From positions 1 through 44,026 of the forward strand of contig MFQY01000053.1 in the NCBI GenBank assembly GCA_001783185.1: a stretch of 44,026 bases of DNA, read 5' to 3'. Made by a program: the position numbers and the translations under genes. Source of the DNA: Candidatus Magasanikbacteria bacterium RIFOXYC2_FULL_40_16 (GTDB taxonomy: Bacteria > Patescibacteriota > Patescibacteriia > Magasanikbacterales > UBA922). The notes under the pieces are model-generated. The model was not told the origin of the DNA. It was given only the letters and a program-made list of their open reading frames with translations, and made no database searches. Below are positions 24,534-32,838 of the stretch, piece after piece. Positions within the stretch are counted from its first letter, which is position 1, and each line of letters opens with the position of its first letter.

Positions 24534-24598
24534 CATAGAAAAATTTTAATTAAAAAAGACCGTGTGTAAAATACGGTTTTTTGTTTTAAATAAAAAAA

Positions 24599-24622
24599 TG
24601 CCCCCGCCGAAACGGGGGCATA
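24599..24622 (-). terminator. intrinsic terminator after the PBP gene
   Basis: TGCCCCCG-CCGAAA-CGGGGGCA; on the minus strand it is followed by TTTTTTTATTT. Confidence 0.7.
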
Positions 24623-24648
24623 TGCGCGTTATTCTGAAAAAGAATCAA

Positions 24649-27210
24649 TTATTTCAGAAACTTCTTCGGAACATATCCGCGCTGGAAAGGAACAACATCT
24701 TCGCCAATCGGTATCAACACGACATCCGACGGCACAGGGAAATCACGAGGCGGAGTATCAGGATGAGCCGCCTTCATGAAAGCCAACCAAATTGGCAAAG
24801 CCACACTGCCGCCGGTCGCCTCTTTGGCAATCGGCGATGGTGTTTTCCGGCCAACCCAGACTCCGACCACAAGGTCCGTGGTAAAACCCATGAACCAAGC
24901 GTCAAAGAAATCATTGGTCGTGCCCGTCTTGCCGGCGGCCGGACGACGGAGTTCTTGGACTCGCCTGCCGGTGCCGAATTCAACCACGCCTTTCATCAAA
25001 TAGATGAGCGCGTAGGCCGAACCTGACGAAACCGCTTGCTTTGCCGGCTCGGGAACATACTTGTAAAGAATCTCGCCATCAACCGTCGCCACCTCAAGGA
25101 TATAGATCCCGGGAATTTCCGCCCCGGGATGCTTTGGCATTTCCATACCGTTTGAGGCAATCGTATTGTAGGCGTAAGTGTGCTCCCAAAGAGTCACCTC
25201 AAGAGCGCCAACCGCAATCGGCATGACTCGCTCAATCGGCGACTTGATGCCAACAGCCCGCATCGTGCGAATGACTTCGTCCACTCCAACTTTGGCCAGT
25301 AATTGCACTGAAACCGAGTTGAGCGACTTAGCCAAAGCAGTGCGGAGGTCAACCGACCCCATATACTGATGGCGCGTATTGGGTCCCAGGTAGTTCTGCG
25401 GACACCACTGCCCCGAAGCTGTGGAATAGCAGACCTGATGGTCATTGATGATATCAGTGACCACGGTTCCGTTTGTCAAAGCAGACAAATAGACAAGGGG
25501 CTTAACCGATGATCCGGTTTGCCGGCGCGCTTGAGTGGCGTTATTGAACTGGTTTTCTTTCCGGTCAAAACCGCCGACCAACGCCCGCAGAAATCCGGTG
25601 TATGGCTCTACCGCGACCAGCCCCGCTTCCAATGATTCCGGATGATCTTCACCCGCAGTCCGCCTCGCGGAAATCGCGTAGCGAACCTCGCGAGTTTCTT
25701 TGCGAGAAACTTCCTCACTGAAAGTCCGAATCATCACCGGGAAATAATCGCCGACAAGAAGTTTCTTGCCCACGCGTCTTTCCCAAGAATTGATGCGGGT
25801 GACATCTTCGTCATGCATCGGGAATTTTTCGCCTCTGACACAAACGGACACACCGCTTTTTGGGCTGGTGAAAATCACTTTACCCACAGTGATGAGCTCA
25901 TCCGGCACAGGCAATCCGTCCGCCTGGCAACTGCCGTCATATTCCGGGTCATTTCCGTCCGGACCGGTGAAGCCGAGCCTGCGTTCCAGTTCAACCAGAC
26001 CTTTTTTGACCGCTTCCTCCCCAATCTTCTGCATTCCCGGATCCAAGGTTGTCTTGACCAAGAGGCCTGTTTTGTAGACAGCATCAAAACCAAACATTCG
26101 TTTGAGTTCTTGTTTTAGATGCTCACAGAAATATGGCGCGGCCATGCGGTTGGACGGCTCGTTGTAGTCAACGAGAATAATCTCTTCCGACTCCGCTTCT
26201 TTTTTGTCGGCGTCGCTGATGTAATTCAGTTCGCGCATTCTGCCAAGAACATAGTGCTGGCGTTCTTTGGCCCTTTCATAACGATTGAAAGGGGAAAAAT
26301 CAGAGGGCGCTTTAGGAAGACCGGCCAGCATAGATGCCTCAGCCAAACTGAGATTGCCGACATGTTTACCGAAATAAGTTCGAGAAGCCGCTTCTATTCC
26401 GTAAGCGCCATGCCCCAAGAAAATTTCATTCAGATAGATTTCCAAGATTTTTTCTTTGGAAAGCTGGCGTTCCATCTTTACCACGAGTAGAGCTTCTCGG
26501 GCCTTCCGGAGGTAGCTCTCCTCGTTACTTTTGAGGACCACCGACTTAATCACCTGCTGGGAAATAGTTGACCCGCCCTGAAGAATTTCACCGCTACTGT
26601 AGTTTGCGTAAGCGGCGCGAACAATCGCCTTGAGATCAATACCATTATGTTCGTAGAATGTTTTGTCTTCGGAAGCAATGAATGCCCGCTTAACAAACAG
26701 CGGTATCTTTTCGCTGGGGACAAAGATTCTATCCTGAAGCGAATACCGGCATATTTCCTGACTGTCGTTGGAATAGGCAATAGAGGAAACCTGCGGCTTA
26801 TACTTCAACACCCTATCCATGATGTTGGGGGGGAGATCCGCCAAAAGAATATTTTCCACTTTCGGAGCGAATAATGTCCCTGTAACAATCAAGACAGTGG
26901 AGGAAAGACAAACAATACGGAAACAGAAACAAATAACCCGCCAGAGAAAAAACATTATGGTCTTCAGAAAAAAGACCAAAACGGTCCAAAGAGATTTTCT
27001 TTCTGGCCAACTCGGCTGGGACTTCTTTGTTTTCCTTCTCAATCTTGGCGGACCGGACACGATTGCCGACACACCAAAAATTAATGCCGATGGAATTGCC
27101 AATCCGTCATTTGCAGTTATCCAATAGACGGTCGCCCAAATCCAGTAAGCGATAACTCCGATAGCAATCAACCACGAACCTATCTTAAGTAAAGAACGTC
27201 TGTCTGACAT
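24649..27210 (-). CDS. bifunctional class A penicillin-binding protein (GT51 transglycosylase plus transpeptidase) with a long multi-TM N-terminal extension
   Basis: GT51 motif RAFIASEDKTFYEHNGID. Transpeptidase motifs SSVKP (SxxK), SLN (SxN) and KTGTT. Shine-Dalgarno AAGGAAGGTG before the ATG. Visibly GC-richer than the core genes. Confidence 0.85.
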   Translation of the reverse strand: MSDRRSLLKIGSWLIAIGVIAYWIWATVYWITANDGLAIPSALIFGVSAIVSGPPRLRRKTKKSQPSWPERKSLWTVLVFFLKTIMFFLWRVICFCFRIVCLSSTVLIVTGTLFAPKVENILLADLPPNIMDRVLKYKPQVSSIAYSNDSQEICRYSLQDRIFVPSEKIPLFVKRAFIASEDKTFYEHNGIDLKAIVRAAYANYSSGEILQGGSTISQQVIKSVVLKSNEESYLRKAREALLVVKMERQLSKEKILEIYLNEIFLGHGAYGIEAASRTYFGKHVGNLSLAEASMLAGLPKAPSDFSPFNRYERAKERQHYVLGRMRELNYISDADKKEAESEEIILVDYNEPSNRMAAPYFCEHLKQELKRMFGFDAVYKTGLLVKTTLDPGMQKIGEEAVKKGLVELERRLGFTGPDGNDPEYDGSCQADGLPVPDELITVGKVIFTSPKSGVSVCVRGEKFPMHDEDVTRINSWERRVGKKLLVGDYFPVMIRTFSEEVSRKETREVRYAISARRTAGEDHPESLEAGLVAVEPYTGFLRALVGGFDRKENQFNNATQARRQTGSSVKPLVYLSALTNGTVVTDIINDHQVCYSTASGQWCPQNYLGPNTRHQYMGSVDLRTALAKSLNSVSVQLLAKVGVDEVIRTMRAVGIKSPIERVMPIAVGALEVTLWEHTYAYNTIASNGMEMPKHPGAEIPGIYILEVATVDGEILYKYVPEPAKQAVSSGSAYALIYLMKGVVEFGTGRRVQELRRPAAGKTGTTNDFFDAWFMGFTTDLVVGVWVGRKTPSPIAKEATGGSVALPIWLAFMKAAHPDTPPRDFPVPSDVVLIPIGEDVVPFQRGYVPKKFLK

Positions 27211-27295
27211 TTAACACCTTCCTTTTAGGTGAGTGTGATTCAGTTTACCTCTAATAATAAAGCTCCTTTTTTTGTCTTTTGTCAACTTCATCAGG

Positions 27296-27324
27296 TTGAC
27301 TTTTGCCCGAATAAGTCCTATATT
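27296..27324 (+). promoter_or_regulatory. sigma70-type promoter for the TPR gene, overlapping the palindrome TTGTCAAC-N8-GTTGAC
   Basis: TTGACT at 27296-27301, a 17-nt spacer and TATATT at 27319-27324. Confidence 0.5.
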
Positions 27325-27383
27325 TAATGCTGGTACCAGGTTTGATTTAACAGGCCCGCACTCGCGGGATGGAGTAAAACCAG

Positions 27384-29573
27384 ATGTGGAAACCTTTATT
27401 GTTTTTAACAGTGTTCTTTATAATCAACTTCAATACCAGTTATACTTGGGCAAACCCCTCTGCAAACACAATCGTCGCGCCTTTTGAAAATCGCAGTACG
27501 CAAAGAAAATCGCATCAAAAAGCGCAACATTATCTCACGATTGCTTTCCCGGTCGCTATCGCTGAAAAGTTGGAAAACTCCGTTTCTTTCAGGATGGTAA
27601 ACAGCCGTATTCCGACGCTAACGCCGGAACAGGCGCAACTAATGCGCGCAGACGGGACTGTTGATCTTGAGGGCGTGGCGACTCTCGCCCGTGAAAAAGG
27701 AGCGACCCGCTTCATCACCGGATATTTCTCCGGATTGGAATGGGACTGGACAGTAACGGTTGAAATCTACACCGTCTCTGACAATCAATACACATTGATT
27801 GGCTCCGGCTCGGCTCATGGCGACCAAACCATAGAGTTCATCACTAAAAGCGGACGTAAAGCGAGAATTGTTGGCGCGGAAAAACTTTACAGCATCTTTG
27901 CTGAAGCTTTTTTCAAAGCCTGTGATTCTGCCAAACTGCCGTTGTCAGCCGAAGAAAAAATCGCGCTGGCAACACCGCCGTCGTTGGACTCATACGCCAA
28001 CATCTTGTTGAACAGAGCTTTCATAAAGTATCTGAACTTGGGCGAAGAAAAACCCGAAAGCAAGGGAAAGAAAAAAGAGGAGAGCAAGTCCGAAAAAACC
28101 CCGCTGGGAATAGCTGAACATGCCGTCAGGGTTGACCCGTCTTCAAATCAAGCTCAGCGTTTCTACGCTTTCCTGCTTGAAGAAGTCGACAAACTGAAAA
28201 AGGCGCGCCCGCATTACGAGGCGGCCATCAAGCTTGACCCGACTGACGCGCGTTCATTTCTCCGGCTGGGCGTAATTGAAATGACGGAAAAGAACTTTGT
28301 TCCCGCTGAAGCGGATTTCCGCGAAGCGGCTAGGCTGTCTCCAAATGACGCTTTGGTTTTCTTCAATCTTGGTTTAGCGCAACTGGCGCTGAACAAAATC
28401 AAAGACGCCACTTCTTCGTTGGAAACCGCTCGCGATTTGGATCCGGCCGATATGATTATCCGACGCCAGCTCGCCGAGCTGTATGCCGGAGAAAAAAACT
28501 ATCGCGCCGCCGCCATTGAGTTTGAAATCATCACCATAAACCTGCCTAACGACAAGAGCGCGGCCTTTCTTCTGGGAGCCTGCCTCAGAGCGGACAAAAA
28601 CTTTGAAAAAGCCGTCGTGGCTTATTCCAAAGCCACCGAGCGTTTCCCGGATGACAACCGCTTCTTGAAGTTCAGGGGCGATGTATTTTTGAAAACCGGA
28701 GACCTTAACCAAGCGACTGACTCTTACCTGCAAGCGCTGGAAATCAACCCGCGAGACGAACAGCTTCTTTCGCTGGGTCTGGGTTCTGCCAAAATAGAGG
28801 AAACAAAAAACTATCTTGGCGGAGAAAAATTGATTAAGGTTATTCACGGCATTTCCGCGGATTTCATTCTGGCGGAAAATCTTAGGTCAAAGTACCAAGA
28901 GACCGCGAATGATGTTGTAATCAATTTCACCACAACAAAAAATAAGGGTTGCGGTGTTTTCAGGATTTCTTCCTACTTGTTAGCGCAAGAATTTGGCAGA
29001 CAATATGCCAACCTAAATAAATCGCTTGACAAGAGAATTAACGCGACTATTCTGGCTTTTGAGATAGGGGGCTGGGCTTACCTGACTCCTGACGAAACAC
29101 TGACTGCCAACAAAAACCTGGAAAACCAAAAGCTCCACCACCGTGATTTGGACGAAATTGCCGCCCAAAATCGCGTGGCGTTGGTTCCGCTTCTTAATAA
29201 AAATGAATGCGGCAGCCAAATTGAATTCATAACTAACCATTATGAAGAGGTTGCTTTCAGAAACCAGAATCAATTTGTTGAACTGCCGGAAGTTGAACCG
29301 CCGCGGCATATGATGGCAATAACGCCTCAAATTCCGCCGGTTACTGCCGGAATAGTTCAATGTACGGTTGACAACACCCTCGGTCAAAAGGATTACATCC
29401 TTACGATTGACGGGCAAATAATCAACCGTGTGCCGTCGGGCAAAAAAAGCGATTTCACCGCCAAGGTCGATCGCCGCCGATTGTGCCTGTTGCCGGAAGG
29501 CAAAACCTGCAATCCGAAAAATGAACGCAATGTATTCATTTATAAAGACTGGACTTTAACAATAAAACCTTAG
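27384..29573 (+). CDS. secreted TPR-repeat protein (729 aa)
   Basis: Signal peptide MWKPLLFLTVFFIINFNTSYTWA and multiple TPR-like 34-aa repeats in the central region (..A..Y..ALE.NP.D..). Confidence 0.6.
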   Translation: MWKPLLFLTVFFIINFNTSYTWANPSANTIVAPFENRSTQRKSHQKAQHYLTIAFPVAIAEKLENSVSFRMVNSRIPTLTPEQAQLMRADGTVDLEGVATLAREKGATRFITGYFSGLEWDWTVTVEIYTVSDNQYTLIGSGSAHGDQTIEFITKSGRKARIVGAEKLYSIFAEAFFKACDSAKLPLSAEEKIALATPPSLDSYANILLNRAFIKYLNLGEEKPESKGKKKEESKSEKTPLGIAEHAVRVDPSSNQAQRFYAFLLEEVDKLKKARPHYEAAIKLDPTDARSFLRLGVIEMTEKNFVPAEADFREAARLSPNDALVFFNLGLAQLALNKIKDATSSLETARDLDPADMIIRRQLAELYAGEKNYRAAAIEFEIITINLPNDKSAAFLLGACLRADKNFEKAVVAYSKATERFPDDNRFLKFRGDVFLKTGDLNQATDSYLQALEINPRDEQLLSLGLGSAKIEETKNYLGGEKLIKVIHGISADFILAENLRSKYQETANDVVINFTTTKNKGCGVFRISSYLLAQEFGRQYANLNKSLDKRINATILAFEIGGWAYLTPDETLTANKNLENQKLHHRDLDEIAAQNRVALVPLLNKNECGSQIEFITNHYEEVAFRNQNQFVELPEVEPPRHMMAITPQIPPVTAGIVQCTVDNTLGQKDYILTIDGQIINRVPSGKKSDFTAKVDRRRLCLLPEGKTCNPKNERNVFIYKDWTLTIKP

Positions 29574-29587
29574 AATAAAAAACAAAG

Positions 29588-29624
29588 ACCGGCCGTCTGA
29601 AAACAGACGACCGGCATTTTTTTT
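29588..29624. terminator. bidirectional terminator between convergent genes
   Basis: ACCGGCCGTCTG-AAAA-CAGACGACCGGC (one mismatch) with an A-run upstream and T8 downstream. Confidence 0.7.
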
Positions 29625-29647
29625 CGCACGTTCAGTTCTCGGTCAAA

Positions 29648-30541
29648 CTAACGCGTAAAAATTTCCTTTATTATTTTTCCCTCCGCTTCAGGCAAAAGTA
29701 TGGCCGGATTCTGCCCCAAGATTTTCAAAATCGTGGGCGTTATATCCAGCAGACGAACTTTGCCTTTTATTTTATAACCGGCTTTGATGCCGGCGCCAAC
29801 CGCAATCCAAGGAACTTGTAAATCCGATTTGATAGCGGCGCCATGGGTTTTTCTGTGTCCACCATGGTCACCGAAGATAATCATCACCACCGGAATTCCG
29901 GATTTTTTTTCAGACCAGCGCGCGCAATACGCCAAATCCGCAATGGCTTTGTCCACCGACAAAGCGGCAATCTTTTGTTCCGGCGAAAGCCAACCATATT
30001 CATGCCCGGTAGCATCAAGGTCTTCAATATGCGCGAAGACCAGAGAATACACCGGCTCATCGCTGTTAATCGCCGCGCAAGCGTTATCAACGATTTTCTT
30101 CTTGTTACGGAAAAGACCGAACTCGTCCACTGACTTGCTCGGCAAGACCGCCGCCACTTTCAGTTTTTGCACAAAAGCGGCCGTCTTTTTGTTCCTGATA
30201 TGAACCGCTTGAAAAACTGTTCTGACCTTGAGTGGCCACCAGTCTTTGACTCGCTTCGGTTCATAACGGACGACACCGTTTTTCTCCGGCACCGCGCCGG
30301 TAAAAATTACGGCGTGAGACACGACCGTAATCGGCGGGATCGGCGCTTCGGCTTCCAGCGTCCACGAACCGTTTTCCATCAATTCCTTGACCGCAGGCAT
30401 TTCTTCCGCCAGAGACGCGTGCCAGCCGTCAATTGAAATAAAAAGCACCTTCGGCTTTTTTCGGTGAGGCTTCGCCTCACTCGTTTGGTTGAACGAACAG
30501 ACACAGATGGCAACTATGAAAATAACTTTCAAATTCCGCAT
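29648..30541 (-). CDS. alkaline-phosphatase-superfamily enzyme, nucleotide pyrophosphatase/phosphodiesterase-like, secreted
   Basis: Signal peptide, then FISIDGWHA (metal-binding Asp), DATGHEYG and FGDHGGH motifs. Shine-Dalgarno AAAGGAGAA. Confidence 0.6.
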   Translation of the reverse strand: MRNLKVIFIVAICVCSFNQTSEAKPHRKKPKVLFISIDGWHASLAEEMPAVKELMENGSWTLEAEAPIPPITVVSHAVIFTGAVPEKNGVVRYEPKRVKDWWPLKVRTVFQAVHIRNKKTAAFVQKLKVAAVLPSKSVDEFGLFRNKKKIVDNACAAINSDEPVYSLVFAHIEDLDATGHEYGWLSPEQKIAALSVDKAIADLAYCARWSEKKSGIPVVMIIFGDHGGHRKTHGAAIKSDLQVPWIAVGAGIKAGYKIKGKVRLLDITPTILKILGQNPAILLPEAEGKIIKEIFTR

Positions 30542-30594
30542 CGCGTTCTCCTTTAATTGGGTTTATGACACCATAACATAAATTGTAATTTATT

Positions 30595-30711
30595 TCAACC
30601 CTGTCACCATTCTGACATTAATTTGAGGTAAAATAAAAACTAAGCCGCGAGGCGACTCCGTCTTTGTATTTTAGAAAAGAATAGACATTTTTAGAAAGGT
30701 GACAGGGTCAA
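30595..30711. mobile_element. MITE-like element, copy B (same terminal repeats and core as 5765-5923, without the nested hairpin)
   Basis: TCAACCCTGTCACCATTCTG ... AGCCGCGAGGCGACTCCGTCTTTGTATTTT ... TAGAAAGGTGACAGGGTCAA. Confidence 0.7.
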
Positions 30712-30770
30712 CCCTGTGTGATGTATTTGGTATCTTGTATTTAGTATCAAGTATTTTGATGATTTAATGG

Positions 30771-30799
30771 GCAAAACAAAAAACCATGCTACGCGCATG
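30771..30799 (-). terminator. terminator after the tRNA-fMet/tRNA-Gly unit
   Basis: On the minus strand, stem CATGC-GCGTA-GCATG is followed by GTTTTTTGTTTTG. Confidence 0.5.
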
Positions 30800-30840
30800 A
30801 CTTTTTAAATACTCCCTCACCCCGACCAAGTCAGGATTCG

Positions 30841-30917
30841 TGGAGCGGCAGACCGGATTCGAACCGGCGACCTTCTCCTTGGCAAGGAGACGTTCTAGCC
30901 AACTGAACTACTACCGC
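30841..30917 (-). tRNA. tRNA-Gly(GCC), CCA encoded
   Basis: GCGGTAG TA GTTC AGTTGGCTA GAAC G TCTCC TTGCCAA GGAGA AGGTC GCCGG TTCGAAT CCGGT CTGCCGC T CCA. Confidence 0.9.
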
Positions 30918-30970
30918 ATGTTTGATTTTATTGTAATTATTATAACGGATACTTTATTGATATTCTAGCC

Positions 30971-31000
30971 CCAGCCAGAGGCTGGTCCGCCTTTGGCGGA
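30971..31000. repeat. double-hairpin element, copy 3
   Basis: CCAGCCAGAGGCTGGTCCGCCTTTGGCGGA. Confidence 0.85.
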
Positions 31001-31002
31001 AA

Positions 31003-31048
31003 CTGTAAGGGCACCTTACCCCGCCGGACGGCGGGGAACTACTACCGC
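31003..31048 (-). repeat. orphan tRNA-Gly 5' fragment (nt 1-12, GCGGTAGTAGTT) fused to the hairpin module CCCCGCCGTCCGGCGGGG-TAAGGTGCCCTTAC-AGTT
   Basis: The 12 nt at 31037-31048 are identical to the 5' end of the intact tRNA-Gly(GCC) about 120 nt downstream. The module is shared with 39199-39247 and 37812-37845. Confidence 0.8.
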
Positions 31049-31053
31049 ATTAG

Positions 31054-31127
31054 TTGCGAGGCCCGGATTTGAACCGGGGACCTTCTGGTTATGAGCCAGA
31101 CGAGCTGCCAGACTGCTCCACCTCGCT
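31054..31127 (-). tRNA. initiator tRNA-fMet(CAU)
   Basis: AGCGAGG TG GAGC AGTCTGGCA GCTC G TCTGG CTCATAA CCAGA AGGTC CCCGG TTCAAAT CCGGG CCTCGCA A. It has a 1:72 mismatch (A x A) and an A11:U24 pair as in bacterial initiators, and it is close to E. coli tRNA-fMet (recalled from memory). Confidence 0.8.
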
Positions 31128-31251
31128 ATATGTGCATTAATATAACACAAAAAAATAAATATTGCAAGAGTGTGTATTGACAACCCCGAATTTCTTTGAT
31201 TAACTTGGGTGGGTATTTTCATCCGCTCTTTCTAGTTCAAAGGAGGCTGTT

Positions 31252-31512
31252 GTGATTTGGCAAGACATCCTAATAAGCATAGCCAGCGCTATTTCTTGTA
31301 TTTCTCTTATCCCTCAAGTTTACTCCGGCTTTAAAGAAAAATCCGGCCCGATAAAATACTTGACCTCCGTGCCAACTTTCGCCGGCCTATTCGCGATCTC
31401 TTTGGCCATGTGGACATTGTCGTTGTTTTTATCAAGCACTATCGCGGCAATTTCCGGAGTTTTATGGTTTTTGCTGTTTATTCAAAGAGTAATATACAGA
31501 CAAAAATCATGA
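31252..31512 (+). CDS. SemiSWEET / PQ-loop family 3-TM membrane protein (GTG start)
   Basis: 86 aa with three transmembrane segments and a PQ motif in TM1 (SLIPQVYSGF). Shine-Dalgarno AAAGGAGG. Confidence 0.55.
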   Translation: MIWQDILISIASAISCISLIPQVYSGFKEKSGPIKYLTSVPTFAGLFAISLAMWTLSLFLSSTIAAISGVLWFLLFIQRVIYRQKS

Positions 31513-31612
31513 CCTAGACCAAAACAAAAGGGGGGCTACCCAAGCTAAATAAAATATCTTGGGTAAACACAGAAGCAACTCAAATACGGGTTGCTTTTAT
31601 TTTAATTAAATT

Positions 31613-32641
31613 TTACTCTTTCTCCACCCTATTTACCATAAATTCAACCGCCTTATTCATATTTTTAGGGATAACCTTAACATCGGGATATTTCATCTTA
31701 AAAACCCTAAATATCTCATCGGCAAATGCCTGCCCAACTGTCGGGACTTTATCAAAATCCATAATTATCACTTTAAACTTTTCAAGACCGACCAATACCC
31801 TCCGCGCCTGCGATCTGGAAACATGCACCGTCCCGATTGTAAAAAGACGAACCAAAACCTCGGTCTTATCAAAATCCATCTCCCCATCATCTGATTCATA
31901 TTTTTTAAAAACATCTCCCAAATGGCGCTCCGATTTTTCCGATATTACACAGGTGACTTTTGTTCCTTTTTTTACCGGCTTAATTTCTTCCATAAAGACA
32001 TCCTTAATTATATTGTCTATACGCAATCTCCAACCAAAACTATCCAAAATAAATTCATCCACGGCTTTGGAAGTAAAAAATATACCCTCCCCAGAATGAG
32101 CCTTCGGAGCGGTGGTGGTTTTGCCTTTCAATAAATCCTGCATCGCTTCCATCTCCGATTCCAATTTCTTTTTATCTATAACATTATTAAAGACGCCAAC
32201 CCCAAAATCCTCAACTATAAACTTTAAATCTTTTCCATTACTTTGGATATCCACTTCTATATTTTTTGTTTCTGAGTGGTCTATGGCATTATTAAGCATT
32301 TCATCAAAACTGTATTCCAAAATACTGTAAACATTTTCACTCAAGTTTTTTATAAAATAAGATTTTTCCTTTAAATCGCTAAAAACTCTGTGCTCTTCCA
32401 GATTTTTGTTTACAAGCGACGCTTTAACTCTCTGAACAAACTTATCGGTATATTTTGGCAAAAAATAAAAAGAGGAGCGAGTTGAACCGCCTTTAATGAT
32501 TTTCCCCTGTTTTACAAGTCTTTGCAAAACCAAAACTACGGCCTGGCGAGTTATCTTGTTCTTAAGCGCGCGAAGTATATCAGCGGTAGTAAAACTGTCT
32601 TTTTCCGAAGCTATCTTTAAAATTGTTTGCTCAATATTCAT
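31613..32641 (-). CDS. wHTH - GHKL (HATPase_c) ATPase - STAS-like (DUF4325-type) three-domain protein
   Basis: N-terminal winged-helix-like region (TTADILRALKNKITRQAVVLVLQRLVKQGKI). N-box LNNAIDHS, G1 box EDFGVGV and G2 box HSGEGIFF. The C-terminus VSRSQARRVLVGLEKFKVIIMDFDKVPTVGQAFADEIFRVF is STAS/DUF4325-like. The start is set at 32641 because a consensus promoter lies inside the longer ORF. Confidence 0.55.
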   Translation of the reverse strand: MNIEQTILKIASEKDSFTTADILRALKNKITRQAVVLVLQRLVKQGKIIKGGSTRSSFYFLPKYTDKFVQRVKASLVNKNLEEHRVFSDLKEKSYFIKNLSENVYSILEYSFDEMLNNAIDHSETKNIEVDIQSNGKDLKFIVEDFGVGVFNNVIDKKKLESEMEAMQDLLKGKTTTAPKAHSGEGIFFTSKAVDEFILDSFGWRLRIDNIIKDVFMEEIKPVKKGTKVTCVISEKSERHLGDVFKKYESDDGEMDFDKTEVLVRLFTIGTVHVSRSQARRVLVGLEKFKVIIMDFDKVPTVGQAFADEIFRVFKMKYPDVKVIPKNMNKAVEFMVNRVEKE

Positions 32642-32669
32642 AAATATACAGTCAAAAGTAATTAAAACA

Positions 32670-32698
32670 ATTATACCACATTGTAAAGTAATTGTCAA
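32670..32698 (-). promoter_or_regulatory. consensus sigma70 promoter for the GHKL-STAS gene
   Basis: On the minus strand: TTGACA, a 17-nt spacer, then TATAAT with an upstream TGg, about 22 nt before the ATG at 32641. Confidence 0.65.
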
Positions 32699-32732
32699 GT
32701 GGTATTTTGATAATTGTAAAGTAATTGACAAG
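32680..32732. promoter_or_regulatory. two 20-bp direct repeats ATTGTAAAGTAATTG(T/A)CAAG spaced 33 bp apart (putative operator); inverted partial copy at 32806-32816
   Basis: Read directly. Repeat 1 overlaps the -35 box of the promoter above. The repeats lie in the divergent intergenic region. Confidence 0.6.
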
Positions 32733-32838
32733 CAACTCTTAAAGGGCGCTTGTTTATCAAAAAACGAAACCGTGTTAAAGTAAAGGTATCTTTTCACAAT
32801 TTTGTCCTTTACAATTATAAATACGCCGGGAGTAAAAA

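Noticed and set aside
24562-27127. Many 60-160-aa ORFs overlapping the PBP gene on both strands
   Set aside because: These are typical spurious frames of a GC-richer gene. The 853-aa frame carries all the GT51 and transpeptidase motifs.
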